The notes beneath the pieces are model-generated. The model made no database searches and was not told where the DNA came from. It was given only the letters and a program-made list of their open reading frames with translations. A stretch of DNA of 64,000 bases from an uncultured Gemmatimonadales bacterium (GTDB taxonomy: Bacteria; Gemmatimonadota; Gemmatimonadetes; Gemmatimonadales; GWC2-71-9). A program made the position numbers and the translations under genes. The stretch is from the NCBI GenBank assembly GCA_963730185.1, contig CAVSQW010000006.1:416001-480000 (forward strand). Reading direction: 5' to 3'. Of this stretch, positions 19,552 to 31,561 are shown piece after piece. Every line of letters starts with the position of its first letter. Within the stretch, counting starts at the first letter, position 1.

Positions 19552-20016
19552 ATGAATCTGCTGGTGAACGGCAACACCGTTTCGGTCGACGCGCCGCCCC
19601 AGATGCCGTTGCTCTGGGCCCTTCGCGACCTGGCCGGCCTGACCGGGACCAAGTTCGGCTGCGGGATCGCCCAGTGCGGCGCCTGCACCGTCCATGTCGA
19701 CGGCCGGCCGGTCCGGTCGTGCTCGGTCACGGTCGGCTCGCTCGCGGGCCGGTCGATCACCACGATCGAAGGGCTCGCGGCCGGCGGGAGCGACCACGCG
19801 GTGCAGCGGGCCTGGCTCGAGCTCAACGTGCCGCAGTGCGGGTACTGCCAGGCGGGCCAGCTGATGAGCGCCGCCGCGCTGCTCGACCACAACCCCAACC
19901 CGACCGACGCGGACATCGACCAGGCGATGCAGGGGAACCTCTGCCGGTGCGGCACCTACATCCGCATCCGGCAGGCGATTCACCGGGCCGCCGAGCTGAA
20001 GAGGGGGGCCCGATGA
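19552..20016 (+). CDS. (2Fe-2S)-binding small subunit of a molybdenum hydroxylase (IorA/CoxS-like)
   Basis: [31 protein letters not shown]. Confidence 0.95.
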   Translation: MNLLVNGNTVSVDAPPQMPLLWALRDLAGLTGTKFGCGIAQCGACTVHVDGRPVRSCSVTVGSLAGRSITTIEGLAAGGSDHAVQRAWLELNVPQCGYCQAGQLMSAAALLDHNPNPTDADIDQAMQGNLCRCGTYIRIRQAIHRAAELKRGAR

Positions 20017-22256
20017 GCACCGAGAGACTGGAAGGCGCCGGGCTCGACCGCCGCGGGTTCCTGGCGGTGAGCGTCGCGGTCGGGGGCGGGCTCCTGATGC
20101 AGGTGGCCTGCCGGCGCCCGGAGGAAGCCGCGGCGCCGGCGGCGGCGGGTCCCCAGGCCGAGACCACCCCGTCGCTGTTCATCCGGATCGCGCCCGACGA
20201 CACCGTGTCGGTCACGATCCCCAAGTCCGACATGGGGCAAGGCACCCGCACCATGCTCGCGGCGCTGGTGGCGGAGGAGCTGGACGCCGACTGGGCCCGG
20301 GTCCAGGCCGAGGCGGCGGTGTTCGATCACCGGCTGGGTACCCAGGGCACCGGTGGGAGTAGCTCCGTGCTCGAAACGCATGAGCGCCTCCGGACCGCCG
20401 GGGCCACGATGCGGCAAATGCTGGTGGCCGCGGCCGCGACCAAGCTGGCCGTGGCGGCCACCGAGCTCACCACCGGCGATTCCCAGGTGACCCACGCCGC
20501 AAGCAACCGGTCGCTCCGCTACGGCGAGCTGGCGGAGGCCGCGGCCGGGCTCCCAGTGCCGACCCAAATCACCCTCCGCACGCCGGCCGAGTGGAAGCTC
20601 CTCGGCAAGGAGGGGATTAAAGGCATCGACGTGCCCGCGATTACCCACGGCGAGGCCAAGTACGGGCTCGACGTCCGGCGGGACGGAATGCTGTTCGCGT
20701 CGGTGGAGCGGGCCACCACGTTCGGTGCCCGGGTCAAATCCTTCGACGCCTCGAAGGCCCTGCAGGTGCCGGGGGTCAAGCAGGTCGTCGAGATCAAGCC
20801 CAAGGCCGCCGGCACACCGGGTCAGGACGGAATTCACGCGGGCGTGGCGGTGGTCGCCACGAACACGTGGGCGGCGATGCAGGGCCGGAAGGCGTTGGTG
20901 ATCGACTGGGATCCCGGCGAGCACGCCGGCGAGAGCAGCACAGCGTACCTGGGGGCGATGCGGGCGGCGGTGGCCGAGACCGGCAAGGAGCTGGTCAACA
21001 AGATCGGTGATCCCGACGGTGTGATCGCCAAGTCGAACGACGTGCTGACGGCGGAATACGTGTTCCCGTTCCTGTCGCACGCCACGATGGAGCCGCAGAA
21101 CTGCACCGCCCAGTTCGCCAACGGGACGATGGAACTCTGGTCGCCGACCCAGTTCCCCGACTGGGCCACTACCGCGGTCGCCGCCGAGCTGGGGCTCAAG
21201 CCGGAGCGGGTCAAGGTCCACGTCACCCCGCTCATGGGCGGCGGGTTCGGGCGCCGGATCAATCCCGATTTTTCGATCGAGGCCGCGGTCGTGGCCAAAC
21301 AGGTGGGTGGGGCGCCGGTCCAGGTGGTCTGGACCCGGGAAGACGACATCCGCCATGACTTCTATCGTCCCTGCGCGGTGCACCGGCTGGACGGCGTGCT
21401 GGGGGCCGATGGCTACCCGGTGGCGATCCGGCACCGGCTCTCGACCCCGGCCATCGACGCGACCGGCGGGAAGACGGGCGAGTTCGGCGCCGGCGAGGCG
21501 GACGGCATCGGGAACCACGTCTATCGGGTCGCCAACCGGTCCACGGAGTACACCCTCCTCGACTCGGGCGTGCCGCGGGGCTGGTGGCGCGCGGTGAACA
21601 CGACCCACGGCGCCTTCGCGATCGAGTCGTTCATCGACGAGCTGGCGGAGAAGGCGGGGAAGGATCCGTACCAGTACCGGCTGGCGCTGAGCGACCGGTG
21701 GGTGGTCACCAATCCGAAGGACAGCACGGACTTCCCGTTCGATCCGGCCCGGTTCCGGGCCACCCTCACGCTGGCGGCCGAGAAGGCCGGCTGGAAGGAC
21801 CCGGTCCCGGCGGGCCGGGGACGAGGGATCGCCCAGAACGTGCCCGACCACCTGACCTACGCCGCCGTGGTGGTCGAGGCCTCGGTCGCGGCGGGCCGGG
21901 TCCGGGTACACCGGGTGGTGGTGGCGGTGGACCCAGGCCGGGTGCTCAATCCGGACGGCGCCCGGGCGCAGCTCCAGGGTGGCGTGGTCCAGGCGATGTC
22001 GGCGGCGCTGGGTGAGGCGATCACCATCGAGCGGGGCGCGGTCGTCGAAGGGAACTTCGACAAGTACCGGCTGCTCCGGATGGGCGAGGAGCCGACCGTG
22101 GTGGAGTGCTATTGGGTCGACCGGGACGACGTGCCGATCACCGGAATGGGTGAGCCGTCGGTGCCGCCGCTCTTCCCGGCGCTGGCCAGCGCGGTGGCCC
22201 GGGCAACGGGCAAGCGGCCCCGGCGGCTGCCCATGTATCCGTTAGCGGCAAGCTAG
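20013..22256 (+). CDS. Molybdopterin-binding large subunit (IorB / xanthine dehydrogenase family), Tat-exported
   Basis: RRGFL Tat motif, [45 protein letters not shown] overlap with the small subunit. Confidence 0.93.
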   Translation: MSTERLEGAGLDRRGFLAVSVAVGGGLLMQVACRRPEEAAAPAAAGPQAETTPSLFIRIAPDDTVSVTIPKSDMGQGTRTMLAALVAEELDADWARVQAEAAVFDHRLGTQGTGGSSSVLETHERLRTAGATMRQMLVAAAATKLAVAATELTTGDSQVTHAASNRSLRYGELAEAAAGLPVPTQITLRTPAEWKLLGKEGIKGIDVPAITHGEAKYGLDVRRDGMLFASVERATTFGARVKSFDASKALQVPGVKQVVEIKPKAAGTPGQDGIHAGVAVVATNTWAAMQGRKALVIDWDPGEHAGESSTAYLGAMRAAVAETGKELVNKIGDPDGVIAKSNDVLTAEYVFPFLSHATMEPQNCTAQFANGTMELWSPTQFPDWATTAVAAELGLKPERVKVHVTPLMGGGFGRRINPDFSIEAAVVAKQVGGAPVQVVWTREDDIRHDFYRPCAVHRLDGVLGADGYPVAIRHRLSTPAIDATGGKTGEFGAGEADGIGNHVYRVANRSTEYTLLDSGVPRGWWRAVNTTHGAFAIESFIDELAEKAGKDPYQYRLALSDRWVVTNPKDSTDFPFDPARFRATLTLAAEKAGWKDPVPAGRGRGIAQNVPDHLTYAAVVVEASVAAGRVRVHRVVVAVDPGRVLNPDGARAQLQGGVVQAMSAALGEAITIERGAVVEGNFDKYRLLRMGEEPTVVECYWVDRDDVPITGMGEPSVPPLFPALASAVARATGKRPRRLPMYPLAAS

Positions 22257-22271
22257 CCGGGAGCGCCGACG

Positions 22272-23729
22272 ATGCGTCTCGGCATCGTGACGCTCGTCCT
22301 CGGTGCCTGCGGCGGGACCGGCGCCGCTCCCTTGCCCGGGACGCTCGCGATCACGAACGTCTCCGTCGTCGATGTGGAGCGCGGCGTCGTGGTGCCGGGC
22401 CGGCAGGTCCTGATCGACGGTCCTCGCATCGTGGCGGTCGAGGCCAACGGAGCATCGCCCATTGGCGACGGCGTCGCCAGGCTGGATGGCACCGATCGCT
22501 TCCTCATCCCCGGCCTGTGGGACATGCACGCCCACATCATCGAGCGAGCCAGCACGGTCGCCGGACCGCTGTTCATCGCCAACGGCGTGACCGGTGTGCG
22601 CGAGATGTGGTCCGACGGCGACGACTATCGACCGATGTTCGTGGCGTTTCGCGACAGCGTCCGGCGCGGCCTGCTGGTCGGGCCTCGGCTCCTCCTCACC
22701 TCCACACCGATCGACGGTCCTCCGGGGTCCGAGCCGGGGGTGACGATCGTCCGCTCGGTTCCCGACGCGCGCGACGCGGTCGACTCGGCCGTGGCCCATG
22801 GGATGGACCTGGTGCAGGCGTTCCCGTCCCTTTCGCGAGAGGCCTACCGGGCAGCCGCGCGGCGGGCCGCCGAGCGCGGCATCGTCTTCGGCGGGCTCGT
22901 CCCGATGGCGGCCTCGTTCGACGACGCGCTCGAAGCCGGGCATCGGGCCCGGGATTTCGTCGGGGAATGGCCGATCTGGTGCTCGACCGCTGGCGATGCG
23001 ATCCGGGCGCGCCTGGCAGCCGCGGCCGACAGCGACGCGAGGGCGCCGGCCAAGGCGTCAAGGCTGTTGGCCGCCCGGGCGGCTGCGAAAACTCGGTTGC
23101 TCGAGACCTTCAGTCCGGCGCACTGCGACTCCCTGGGACGACGCCTGGCGTCGGATTCCGTGTGGGAGGTGCCTCGGATGGTCATCGAACGCGATCACGG
23201 CTACGCCCGCCCCGCCGACCCGACCCGCGATTCGGTTCGGGCCCAGTATGCCGGCCCGGAGGCGACGGCGTTCTGGGACCCGATCCGTCGGTCGCAGCGC
23301 CGGGACGAACAGGACAGGGCCAAGGTGAATGACGCGCGCCGGACCTGGGACCGCACCCTCGAGATCATGGGGATCCTGCATCGCGCCGGTGTGCACTTTC
23401 TCGCGGGAACGGAGACGGGCGACCTCGACATTCATCCGGGCTTCTCGTTGCACGACGAGCTCGAGGTGTTCGTGTTGCTCGGGATGTCGCCGGCCGAGGC
23501 GCTTCGGTCGGCGACGCTCGAGCCGGCGCGCTACCTGCGCGGGACCGACTCGCTCGGCGCCGTCGCCGTGGGGCATCTCGCCGATCTCGTCCTCCTCGAT
23601 CGCAACCCGCTCGCCGACATCGCGGCCACGCGCGCGATCCACGCCGTGGTCGCCAACGGTCGCCTGATCGACTCGGCGGGACTGGCGTCGCTACTCGAAA
23701 GCGCGGCGAGGGCCGCCCGAGCCCGGTAG
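22272..23729 (+). CDS. Amidohydrolase family lipoprotein
   Basis: LGAC lipobox, [38 protein letters not shown]. Confidence 0.85.
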   Translation: MRLGIVTLVLGACGGTGAAPLPGTLAITNVSVVDVERGVVVPGRQVLIDGPRIVAVEANGASPIGDGVARLDGTDRFLIPGLWDMHAHIIERASTVAGPLFIANGVTGVREMWSDGDDYRPMFVAFRDSVRRGLLVGPRLLLTSTPIDGPPGSEPGVTIVRSVPDARDAVDSAVAHGMDLVQAFPSLSREAYRAAARRAAERGIVFGGLVPMAASFDDALEAGHRARDFVGEWPIWCSTAGDAIRARLAAAADSDARAPAKASRLLAARAAAKTRLLETFSPAHCDSLGRRLASDSVWEVPRMVIERDHGYARPADPTRDSVRAQYAGPEATAFWDPIRRSQRRDEQDRAKVNDARRTWDRTLEIMGILHRAGVHFLAGTETGDLDIHPGFSLHDELEVFVLLGMSPAEALRSATLEPARYLRGTDSLGAVAVGHLADLVLLDRNPLADIAATRAIHAVVANGRLIDSAGLASLLESAARAARAR

Positions 23730-23866
23730 TCCAACCCGGAGCCCAACCGTTGCGCACGGGATCTCCAGGCGAGAGATCCTCTCCTCCGGCCCGACCCGTT
23801 CGGCGGTACATTGTCCCCGGCTCACCGTGGTGGGGCGTCACGATCGGCCAGGCCAAGGAGAAAGCC

Positions 23867-24395
23867 ATGCGGAAGTACGGTGCGGAGTTCTTCGGCACGT
23901 TCTGGCTGGTTCTTGGGGGGTGCGGCAGTGCCGTCCTGGCGGCGGCGTTTCCCAACGTCGGCATCGGCCTGTTGGGTGTGGCGCTGGCCTTCGGCCTCAC
24001 CCTGCTGACGATGGCCTTCGCCATCGGGCACATCTCGGGCTGCCACCTCAACCCGGCGGTTTCGGTTGGCCTCTGGGCGGGCGGTCGATTTCCCGCCAAG
24101 GAATTGCCGCCTTACATCGTGGCCCAGGTGCTGGGGGCGGTCGTCGCCGGCGGGGTCCTCTATCTCATCGCGAGCGGCAAACCCTGCTTCGAGCTCTCCG
24201 CCGGCTTCGCCGCGAACGGGTATGGGGCCCACTCGCCGGGCGGGTACAGTCTCCAGGCGGCCCTGATAACCGAAGTCGTCATGACCATGATGTTTCTCCT
24301 GGTGATCCTCGGGGCCACCGACGAGAGAGCGCCGCATCGTCGGGGGCATTCTCGGTGCGGCGGTCTACCGGCTCATTGGAAGTGAACGGCACTGA
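23867..24395 (+). pseudogene. aqpZ: Aquaporin Z with an internal deletion and frameshift
   Basis: [30 protein letters not shown] and GATDERAP, then a frame jump straight to the C-terminal [19 protein letters not shown]. The second NPA region is absent. Confidence 0.85.
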
Positions 24396-24439
24396 CCTCG
24401 CCTCCCGGCGGGCGAGGTCCTGAATCGACCAGGACACCC

Positions 24440-25658
24440 ATGTCGCTCGATCGACGGACCTTCGTTGCCACCACCGCGTCGCTCGCCGCGGGGCTCGGTG
24501 CGCTTCCCCCCGGCACTCGTTCAGGCTTCGCCGGCCCGGCCGACGACCCGCTCGGCGTCCGAAACGACTTCCCCATCGTCGGGGACCGGACCTACCTCAA
24601 CTCCGCCTACATCGCCCCGATCCCCCGCCCGGTGGTCGAGGCCGGCCGGGCCTTTCTCGAGGCCAAGGCCCTGCAGCGCCTCACGGTGCGCGACCTGCTC
24701 CGGACCAACGACGAGGTCCGGGCCAAGTTTGCGGCCCTGATCCACGCCAGCCCCGATGAGATCGCCCTCCTCTATACCACGGCCGAAGGCGAGAACGTGG
24801 TCGCCAACAACATCGAGTGGCGGCCGGGCGACAACGTGGTGATCGACGAGCTCCACTACGACTCCGAGTTCGTGATCTACCGGGAGCTCGAGGCCCGGCG
24901 CGGCGTGGAGCTCCGGATCGTGAAACACCGGGACGGCGCGGTCGCGGCGAGCGACATCGAGCCTCACGTAGACCGGCGGACCCGGCTGGTGTCGGTGGCG
25001 TGGGTGTCCCACCAGAACGGGTTCCGGCACGACATGCGGCCGATCGCCGATCTGGCCCACGCCTACGGGGCGCTGTTCTACACCGACGCGATCCAGGCGG
25101 TCGGGATGTTCCCGATCGACGTCCGGGCCGCCGGCGTGGATTTCCTGTGCGCGGGCACCTACAAGTGGCTCCTCTCCGGCTTCGGGGTCGCCCCGTTCTT
25201 CATCCGGCGCGAGGTGCTGGAGCGCTTTCCCCAGGACCGCTTCGGCGAGTTCGCCGTTGCCACCTTCCTGCCAGACCACCGGCACCAGCTCCACCGAAGC
25301 GCCAAGCGGTACGACTACGCCGAGCCAGGCGTTCTGTGAGGTGGCGATGCTGAGCACGGCCCTGAGCTACCTCCACCGGGTCGGGCCCGAGCGGATCGAG
25401 GCCCACACCGTGGGGCTCGGCCGCCGGCTCCAGGAGGGGCTCGACTCCCAGGGGCACCGCCTCTTCACTCCGCCGGGGAACCGGTCGTCGATCGTGTCGT
25501 TCTACCCGAGCCGGCCGCCCGCGGAGGTCGAGGCACGACTGAAAGCGGCCAAGCTGGACGTGACGGTGCGCGACGGGGGGATGGTCCGGGTGTCGCCCGC
25601 CCTCTTCAACCTGGCCGATGACGTCGAGCGGTTCCTCGAGGTGAGCCGGGGGCTCTGA
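24440..25658 (+). pseudogene. Tat-exported class V PLP-dependent enzyme (cysteine desulfurase / isopenicillin epimerase-like), frameshifted near 25321, possibly a sequencing error
   Basis: RRTFV Tat motif, YLNSA, DAIQAVG, YKWL (PLP Lys). The C-terminus (VRVSPALFN..DD) continues in another frame to 25658. Confidence 0.75.
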
Positions 25659-25696
25659 CGCCTCGCCGGCCGTTGCGGCCGTGGGGCCACGGTCCG

Positions 25697-25756
25697 AACA
25701 ACAACAACAACAACAACCACCACCACCCAACAACTGCCTCACCGCAGAGGACGCTG
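25697..25756. repeat. (AAC)7(CAC)3 simple repeat followed by a half copy of the REP-like motif
   Basis: Read directly. CACCGCAGAGGACGCTG at 25740-25756 resembles the left arm of the repeat at 16954. Confidence 0.65.
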
Positions 25757-25879
25757 GGAGCCCGGACTGAGCCTACGCCGAACCGCACCGATACCCCGAT
25801 CAGTCGAACCGCGCCGACGGGACGTAGCGGTCGGCGAGCGGGCGAGGTAGCTTCGCGCTAGCCGAGCGGAGCTCCCACC

Positions 25880-27280
25880 ATGGCGCCAGACGGCGCACCA
25901 CCCGACCGACAGCCCGAACTGAGGCCCTCCACCGATCTCCTCGGCCACCCCCGAGGGCTGCTCTACCTCTGTCTTTCAGAGGCGTGGGAGCGATTCAGCT
26001 ATTTCGGGATGCAGTCACTCCTGGTGCTCTACCTGACCCACCAGCTGCTCCTGCCGGACCACGTACACCGGGTCGCCGGGTTCGGCGCGTTTCGGGCGGC
26101 GATCGAGGGGGTGACGGGCCCGCTCTCCGACGCCGCTCTGGCCTCGCAGATCTTCGGGCTCTACGCCGGGTTGGTCTACCTGACGCCGCTCCTGGGGGGG
26201 TTGGTGGCCGACCGCTGGCTCGACCGGACGGCGACCGTCACCATCGGCGCGGTGACGATGGCGGTGGGCCATTTCCTGATGGCGTTCGACCCGACCTTTC
26301 TCCTGGCCATGGCACTGCTCCTCGCCGGGGTGGGATGCTTCAAGGGCAACATCGCGAGTCAGGTGGGCGGCCTCTACGCCGCCGACGATCCGCGCCGGGC
26401 CAGCGCCTTCCAGGTGTTCCAGCTCTTCATCTCGACTTCCGTGATCGTCTCACCGCTGGTCTGCGGTACCCTGGGCGAAAAGGTGGGCTGGCACTACGGG
26501 TTCGCCGCCGCGGGGATCGGGATGCTGATCGGCCTCGCGACCTACCTCTGGGGGCGTCGCTGGCTGCCGGCCGCAGCCACCCCGGCAACCGGCCCCGCGA
26601 CCAGCGCCCGCCAGGCACCGCGCCTGACCCGGCCGGAATGGGGCCGAGTGGCGCTGCTGGTGGCGCTCCTGCCGGTGCTGGCCGCGTCGATGGTTGGCAA
26701 CCAGCAGATGTTCAACACCTTCGTGGTCTGGGGCGAGCGGAGCTTCGACCTTCACGTCCTGGGCCGGGATATGCCGGTCACCTGGCTGCTCTCGTTCGAT
26801 GCCGTGATTGCGGTCGGGTGCCTGCTGCTCACGATCGCGTTCTGGCGAGCCTATGCCCGGCGGTGGCGGGAGCCGGACGACATCGTCAAGATCGCGATCG
26901 GCGCGGCGATCATGGCCACCGCGCCGCTCCTGCTCACCGCGGCGAGCCTCCATCAGGCGGCGACCGGCGCCAAGCTGTCGATCGGATGGGGCCTCGGCTT
27001 CGAGGTGGCGAACGAGATCGGGTTCGCGATGCTGGTGCCGGTGGCGTTGTCATTCTACTCGCGGGTGGCGCCCCGATCTCTCCAGGGGCTCGCGATGGGG
27101 ATGTTCTACCTCGCGTTCTTCTTCTGCAACGTAGTGGTCGGGCGGTTGGGCGGGATGCTGGAGCGGATGAGTGCGGCCGGCTTCTGGGTGACACACGCGG
27201 CGATCGCGGCGGTGGCGGCCTTGGTGCTCGGAGCCATGGCGTTCGGACGGCGGCTGGTGCCGCCTTCGGCCAGCGCCTGA
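25880..27280 (+). CDS. POT/PTR-family proton-dependent oligopeptide MFS transporter
   Basis: GHPRGL, EAWERFSYFGM (ExxERFxY), GGLVADRWL, GWHYGF.AAG.GM. Confidence 0.92.
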   Translation: MAPDGAPPDRQPELRPSTDLLGHPRGLLYLCLSEAWERFSYFGMQSLLVLYLTHQLLLPDHVHRVAGFGAFRAAIEGVTGPLSDAALASQIFGLYAGLVYLTPLLGGLVADRWLDRTATVTIGAVTMAVGHFLMAFDPTFLLAMALLLAGVGCFKGNIASQVGGLYAADDPRRASAFQVFQLFISTSVIVSPLVCGTLGEKVGWHYGFAAAGIGMLIGLATYLWGRRWLPAAATPATGPATSARQAPRLTRPEWGRVALLVALLPVLAASMVGNQQMFNTFVVWGERSFDLHVLGRDMPVTWLLSFDAVIAVGCLLLTIAFWRAYARRWREPDDIVKIAIGAAIMATAPLLLTAASLHQAATGAKLSIGWGLGFEVANEIGFAMLVPVALSFYSRVAPRSLQGLAMGMFYLAFFFCNVVVGRLGGMLERMSAAGFWVTHAAIAAVAALVLGAMAFGRRLVPPSASA

Positions 27281-27385
27281 GACTCGGACCGGCGGCCCGG
27301 GCACTTTCCCTGGTCCCGATTCGGTCGTACGTTTCCGAACGGTCACCGGCGCGCCCGGTGACCGCTCCCCATCCCAGGATCAGGC

Positions 27386-30300
27386 ATGCCCAACGGATTG
27401 TCCTCCCGCCGCCCCGGCGCGCTCGCCGCCTTCGGGCTCGGCTTGGCACTGGCGCTTCCCTGCGCCCGGTCGCTCGCGGCGCAGGCCACGTCGCCGGGCG
27501 ACTGGAGCGTCGAGAGGCCCACGGGCCCGAGCAAGAACGTCGCGTTCGACGTAACCGAAGGCACCTGGATGAGCGTCACCGTCTCGCCGGACGGGCGGTT
27601 CATCGCCTTCGACCTCCTGGGCCACATCTACGAGATGCCGGTCGAGGGCGGGACCGCCCGCCGCCTCACGAACGGCCGCTCGTGGAACCTTTTTCCCCAG
27701 TACAGTCCCGACGGGACGACCCTCGCTTTCGCGTCCGACCGGGCTGGACGGTTCGACGTGTGGACGATGGACCGCGAGGGTGGCTCGCTCCGAAACTTGT
27801 CTCACGCCACCGCCGTCGCGGCCGACGAGAACGTGTACCGCCCGGCCTGGGCACCCGACGGTCGGCGGATCTACGCCGTCACGGAAGGCGACGGGGAGCC
27901 CAACCGGCTGATCGCGCTCGACCTCCTGGGAGGGCGGCAAGTACTCGCCAGCGGACCAGGCATGGGCGGGGTCACCGCGGCCCCCCCGGGAGGTCACTCT
28001 TCGTGGAGCGCCGGGGCGCGCCCCTCTACGCGTTCTCCTTCAACCCCTACGTGACGCCGCCGACCGGCGAGCGGATCGATCGCTATGACCTGACCACCGG
28101 CGAAACGGTCGAGCACGTGGCTCGGCCCGGCGGCGCGTTCGCCGCGGCCGTCTCGTTCGACGGGGCGCGGTTGGCGTACGTACACCGCCTGGTGGACGAG
28201 GACGTGCTGATCGTGCAGGATCTCCGAACCCATGCCGAACGGGTGGTGCTCCGCGGCCTTGACCATGACCAGCAGGGCGCGGCCCACACCTACGGCGCCT
28301 ACCCGGCCCTGGCCTGGCATCCCGACGGCCGCCGGATCGTGCTCGACCTCAAGGGTCATCTCACCTGGGTCGACGTGGCAACCGGACGGACCACGCCGAT
28401 CGCGATGACGGCCCGGGTGGAGCGGCCGATGTCGGAGACCATCCGGTTCAAGACCGAAGAGCCTCGCGACCGCGCCACGACCAGGATGGCTCGCTGGGCA
28501 AGCCGGACGCCGGACGGCGTCCTGTTCGAGACCCTGGGCGACCTCTGGCTGGCTGGGCCCGACGGGACCAAGAAGAACCTCACCAGCTCGTCCCTGCTCG
28601 AGACCAGCCCGGTCTACGTTCCCACAACCCGCACGCTCTACTTCGCGGGGTGGACCGACGACAGCCTGGGCGCGGTCTACCGGAAGACCGGCCCGGCGGC
28701 GCCGGCCGAGCGGCTCACGTCGGTGCCGTCGCAGTACGGCAGCCTGGCGGTGGCGCCCGACGGGACGACGCTGGCGTACGTGCGCGGCACCGGACTGCTC
28801 CAACGCGGTGGCTGGCTCTCGAACGAGACCGAATTCGATCTCGTGGTCCGGACCGCCGACGGGGCCGAGCGGCGGGTGACCGGGATCACCGGCCAGCCGC
28901 TGGAGTACGCGAACATCGCGGGCAAGATCCCGCCGAGCGTGGTCTTCGACTCGACCGGCAAGACCATCTACTTCACCGAGTTCGTCCGCGACACGCTGAG
29001 CCTGGAGCGGATCGGGGTCAACGGGACCGGTGAGACGGTGCTGGTCAAGTTCCCGAATGCGGTCGCCGCAGTGCCCTCGCCCGACCTCCGATGGATCGCG
29101 ATCCGCGAGTACCACCGGAGCTTCGTTACGCCACTCGACTTTGCCGGTAGCCCCGCCGTCGTCTCCCCCTACGACCATCAGGGCTCGGGCGCCCGGGTGG
29201 ACCCGGAAGACGGCGGCTACCTGACCTGGTCGGCCGACGGCAAGACCCTGGGTTGGACCCGGGCGACGGGCTTCTACGAGAAGACGGTGGACGCGATCCT
29301 GGCCGACGACCGGGCGCCCAAGGTGGCCTCGCCGCCAGACGACTGGACCGGCCCGCGCGTACCCGGCTCGACCGCTCAGCGCACCGACCTGGCGGTCGAG
29401 TTTCCGGTGGCCACACCGGCCGGAACGCTTGCCCTCACCGGGGCCCGGGTGGTGACCATGAACGCGAAGCGGGAGGTGCTGGAGAACGCGACCATCGTGA
29501 TCGAGGGCGGCACCATCAAGGCGGTCGGCCGGTCGGTGGCCGTCCCCAAGGGAGCCAAGGTGTACGACCTCCGGGGCCGCACCATCATCCCCGGCCTGAT
29601 CGATGCGCACGCGCACCCGAAGATCGAGCATTCGTCGCTCCACGTCATCGAGCAGCAGCCCACCTCGCTCAGTGGTCCGCTGGCCTACGGGGTAACGACG
29701 CTCATCGAGGTCTACGGCAACGAGTACCGGGACCAGTGGCTCTCCGACATGATCCGCGCGGGCAAGATGACCGGTCCTCGCTTCTACACCACCGGCTCGG
29801 TGATCTTCGGTGAGCGACACGGGCTCCGGATCCGGATGTTCCGGCCGATCGAGACGCTGGACGACGCCCTGGAGCAGCTCCGCTGGAACAAGGACTACGG
29901 CGCGATCGCGGTGAAGGACTACGTCCAGCTCACCCGGAAGCGGCGCCAGCTCACCATCACCGCGGCCCGCCGGCTCGGTCTCAACGTGGTGAGCGAGTCG
30001 GATGCCGATCCGCAGATGAATCTGACCCAGATCATGGACGGGGTGACCGGGATCGAGCACTCGATGGGGCTCCAGCCGTTCTACGACGACGTGGTCAAGT
30101 ACTGGGGCGCCACGAAGGCGGGCATGACGCCCACCCTCCTGGTGGTGTACGACGCCCACATGGGCGAGGGCTGGTATCACGAGTCGAGCAAGCTCTGGCA
30201 GGACCCGAAGCTGACCCGGTTCATCTCCCCGGAGCAGTTGATGCGGGTCCGGAACCCGGCCCACCTCTGGCCCGAGGACATGACCGCCTGGGCGATGGGC

Positions 30301-30672
30301 GCGGCCATGAAGAAGCTCTACCTGGCCGGTACCTCGATCCAGCTGGGTGCGCACGGACAGATGTACGGGCTCGACGCGCACTGGGAGCTGGACCTCCTGG
30401 TCCGGAGTGGGTTCACGCCGGCGGAAGCGCTCGAGATCGCCACGATCCGGGGGGCCAGGCACCACGGGCTGGATGGGCAGATCGGCTCGCTGGAAGCCGG
30501 CAAGCTGGCCGACCTGGTCGTGCTGGACGCCAACCCGCTGGTGGACATCGCCAACGCAGGGAAGATCCGCTATGTGATCAAGAACGGGGTGGTCTACGCC
30601 GGCGCGGACGGGTCGCGGGTGTGGCCGGATCCGAAGCCCATGGCCCGGCCGTATTTCGCCAGCCGGCCATGA
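27386..30672 (+). pseudogene. Secreted TolB-like beta-propeller + amidohydrolase protein, frameshifted at a C7 run near 27985, possibly a sequencing error
   Basis: Signal peptide, EGTWMSVTVSPDG..IAFDLLG and PD40-like repeats. The C-terminal part, in another frame, has PGLIDAHAH, GIEHS, GAHGQ and GKLADLVVLDANPL. Confidence 0.8.
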
Positions 30673-30740
30673 TGGTTCCGTGCGTCCGCTATATTGAGCC
30701 AGCAGCCAGCGGCCTTACGACTTCACCCGGAGTTTCCTCG

Positions 30741-31457
30741 ATGCATCGCGCGTCCGTCCTCCTCCTGTTCCCGGCCGTCCTGGTCGGTTGCGGACCCAAG
30801 ACCCCCAAGTCCGAGGGGGCCAGCCCCAGTCAGACGGCGGCCGCGCCAACGCCCGGGACGCCGATCACCGGATCAGTCGCCGAGCGCCTCGAGGCCCCTC
30901 CCTACCTCTACCTCCGTCTCAAGACCGCCTCAGGCGAGGTCTGGGCCGCGGTGCCGGCGGCCCAGGTGGAGAACGGCGCGACCGTGACGGTGTACGGCGC
31001 GATGCCGATGGGCCGGTTCGAATCGAAAACCCTGAAGCGCACCTTCGATCAGATCTACTTCGGGACCCTGACGGCGTCCGGCGGCATGGCCAGCGTCCAC
31101 GGCGGCGGCCCAACCCGGGCCACCGTGGTCGCGCCGGTGGCGAAGGCTGGTGGCCCGGAGGCGCGGACGATCGCCGAGGCGTGGGCCCAGAAGGCGAGTT
31201 TGACGGGTAAGACCATCGCGGTGCGGGGCGTGGTCGTAAAGTACAACCCCGAGGTGATGGGTAAGAACTGGATCCACCTCCAGGACGGCAGCGGCGACGC
31301 CTCGCAGGGGACGAACGACCTCGCCGTGACCTCGCTGGACGCGGCGGCGGTGGGCGACACGATCACCGTCCGAGGCACGGTCCGTACCGACCGCGATTTC
31401 GGGGCCGGCTACGCGTACGCGATCATCGTCGAGGACGCGAAAGTCACGGCGAAGTAG
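30741..31457 (+). CDS. OB-fold lipoprotein (NrfJ-like / conserved hypothetical)
   Basis: LVGC lipobox, YLYLRL...EVWAAVP, MGKNWIHLQDGSG, DRDFGAGY.Y.IIVEDA. Confidence 0.7.
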   Translation: MHRASVLLLFPAVLVGCGPKTPKSEGASPSQTAAAPTPGTPITGSVAERLEAPPYLYLRLKTASGEVWAAVPAAQVENGATVTVYGAMPMGRFESKTLKRTFDQIYFGTLTASGGMASVHGGGPTRATVVAPVAKAGGPEARTIAEAWAQKASLTGKTIAVRGVVVKYNPEVMGKNWIHLQDGSGDASQGTNDLAVTSLDAAAVGDTITVRGTVRTDRDFGAGYAYAIIVEDAKVTAK

Positions 31458-31561
31458 AGGGCGGAGCGCCTGGAGTGCGGCCATCGGGAGTGAGCGTCGT
31501 CCCCCTTGTTGACCGGACCCCGCGGAGGGCGACGGCAACCAACTCACACCGAGAGGCGGAG

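Noticed and set aside
25673..25861. Poly-Asn/His peptide ORF as a leader peptide
   Set aside because: It arises from the AAC/CAC microsatellite, with no convincing RBS or attenuator structure.
25984..27990. N-terminal part of the 1562-aa ORF as a real giant protein
   Set aside because: It overlaps the POT transporter out of frame; only the part after ~27990 is protein-like and belongs to the frameshifted gene starting at 27386.
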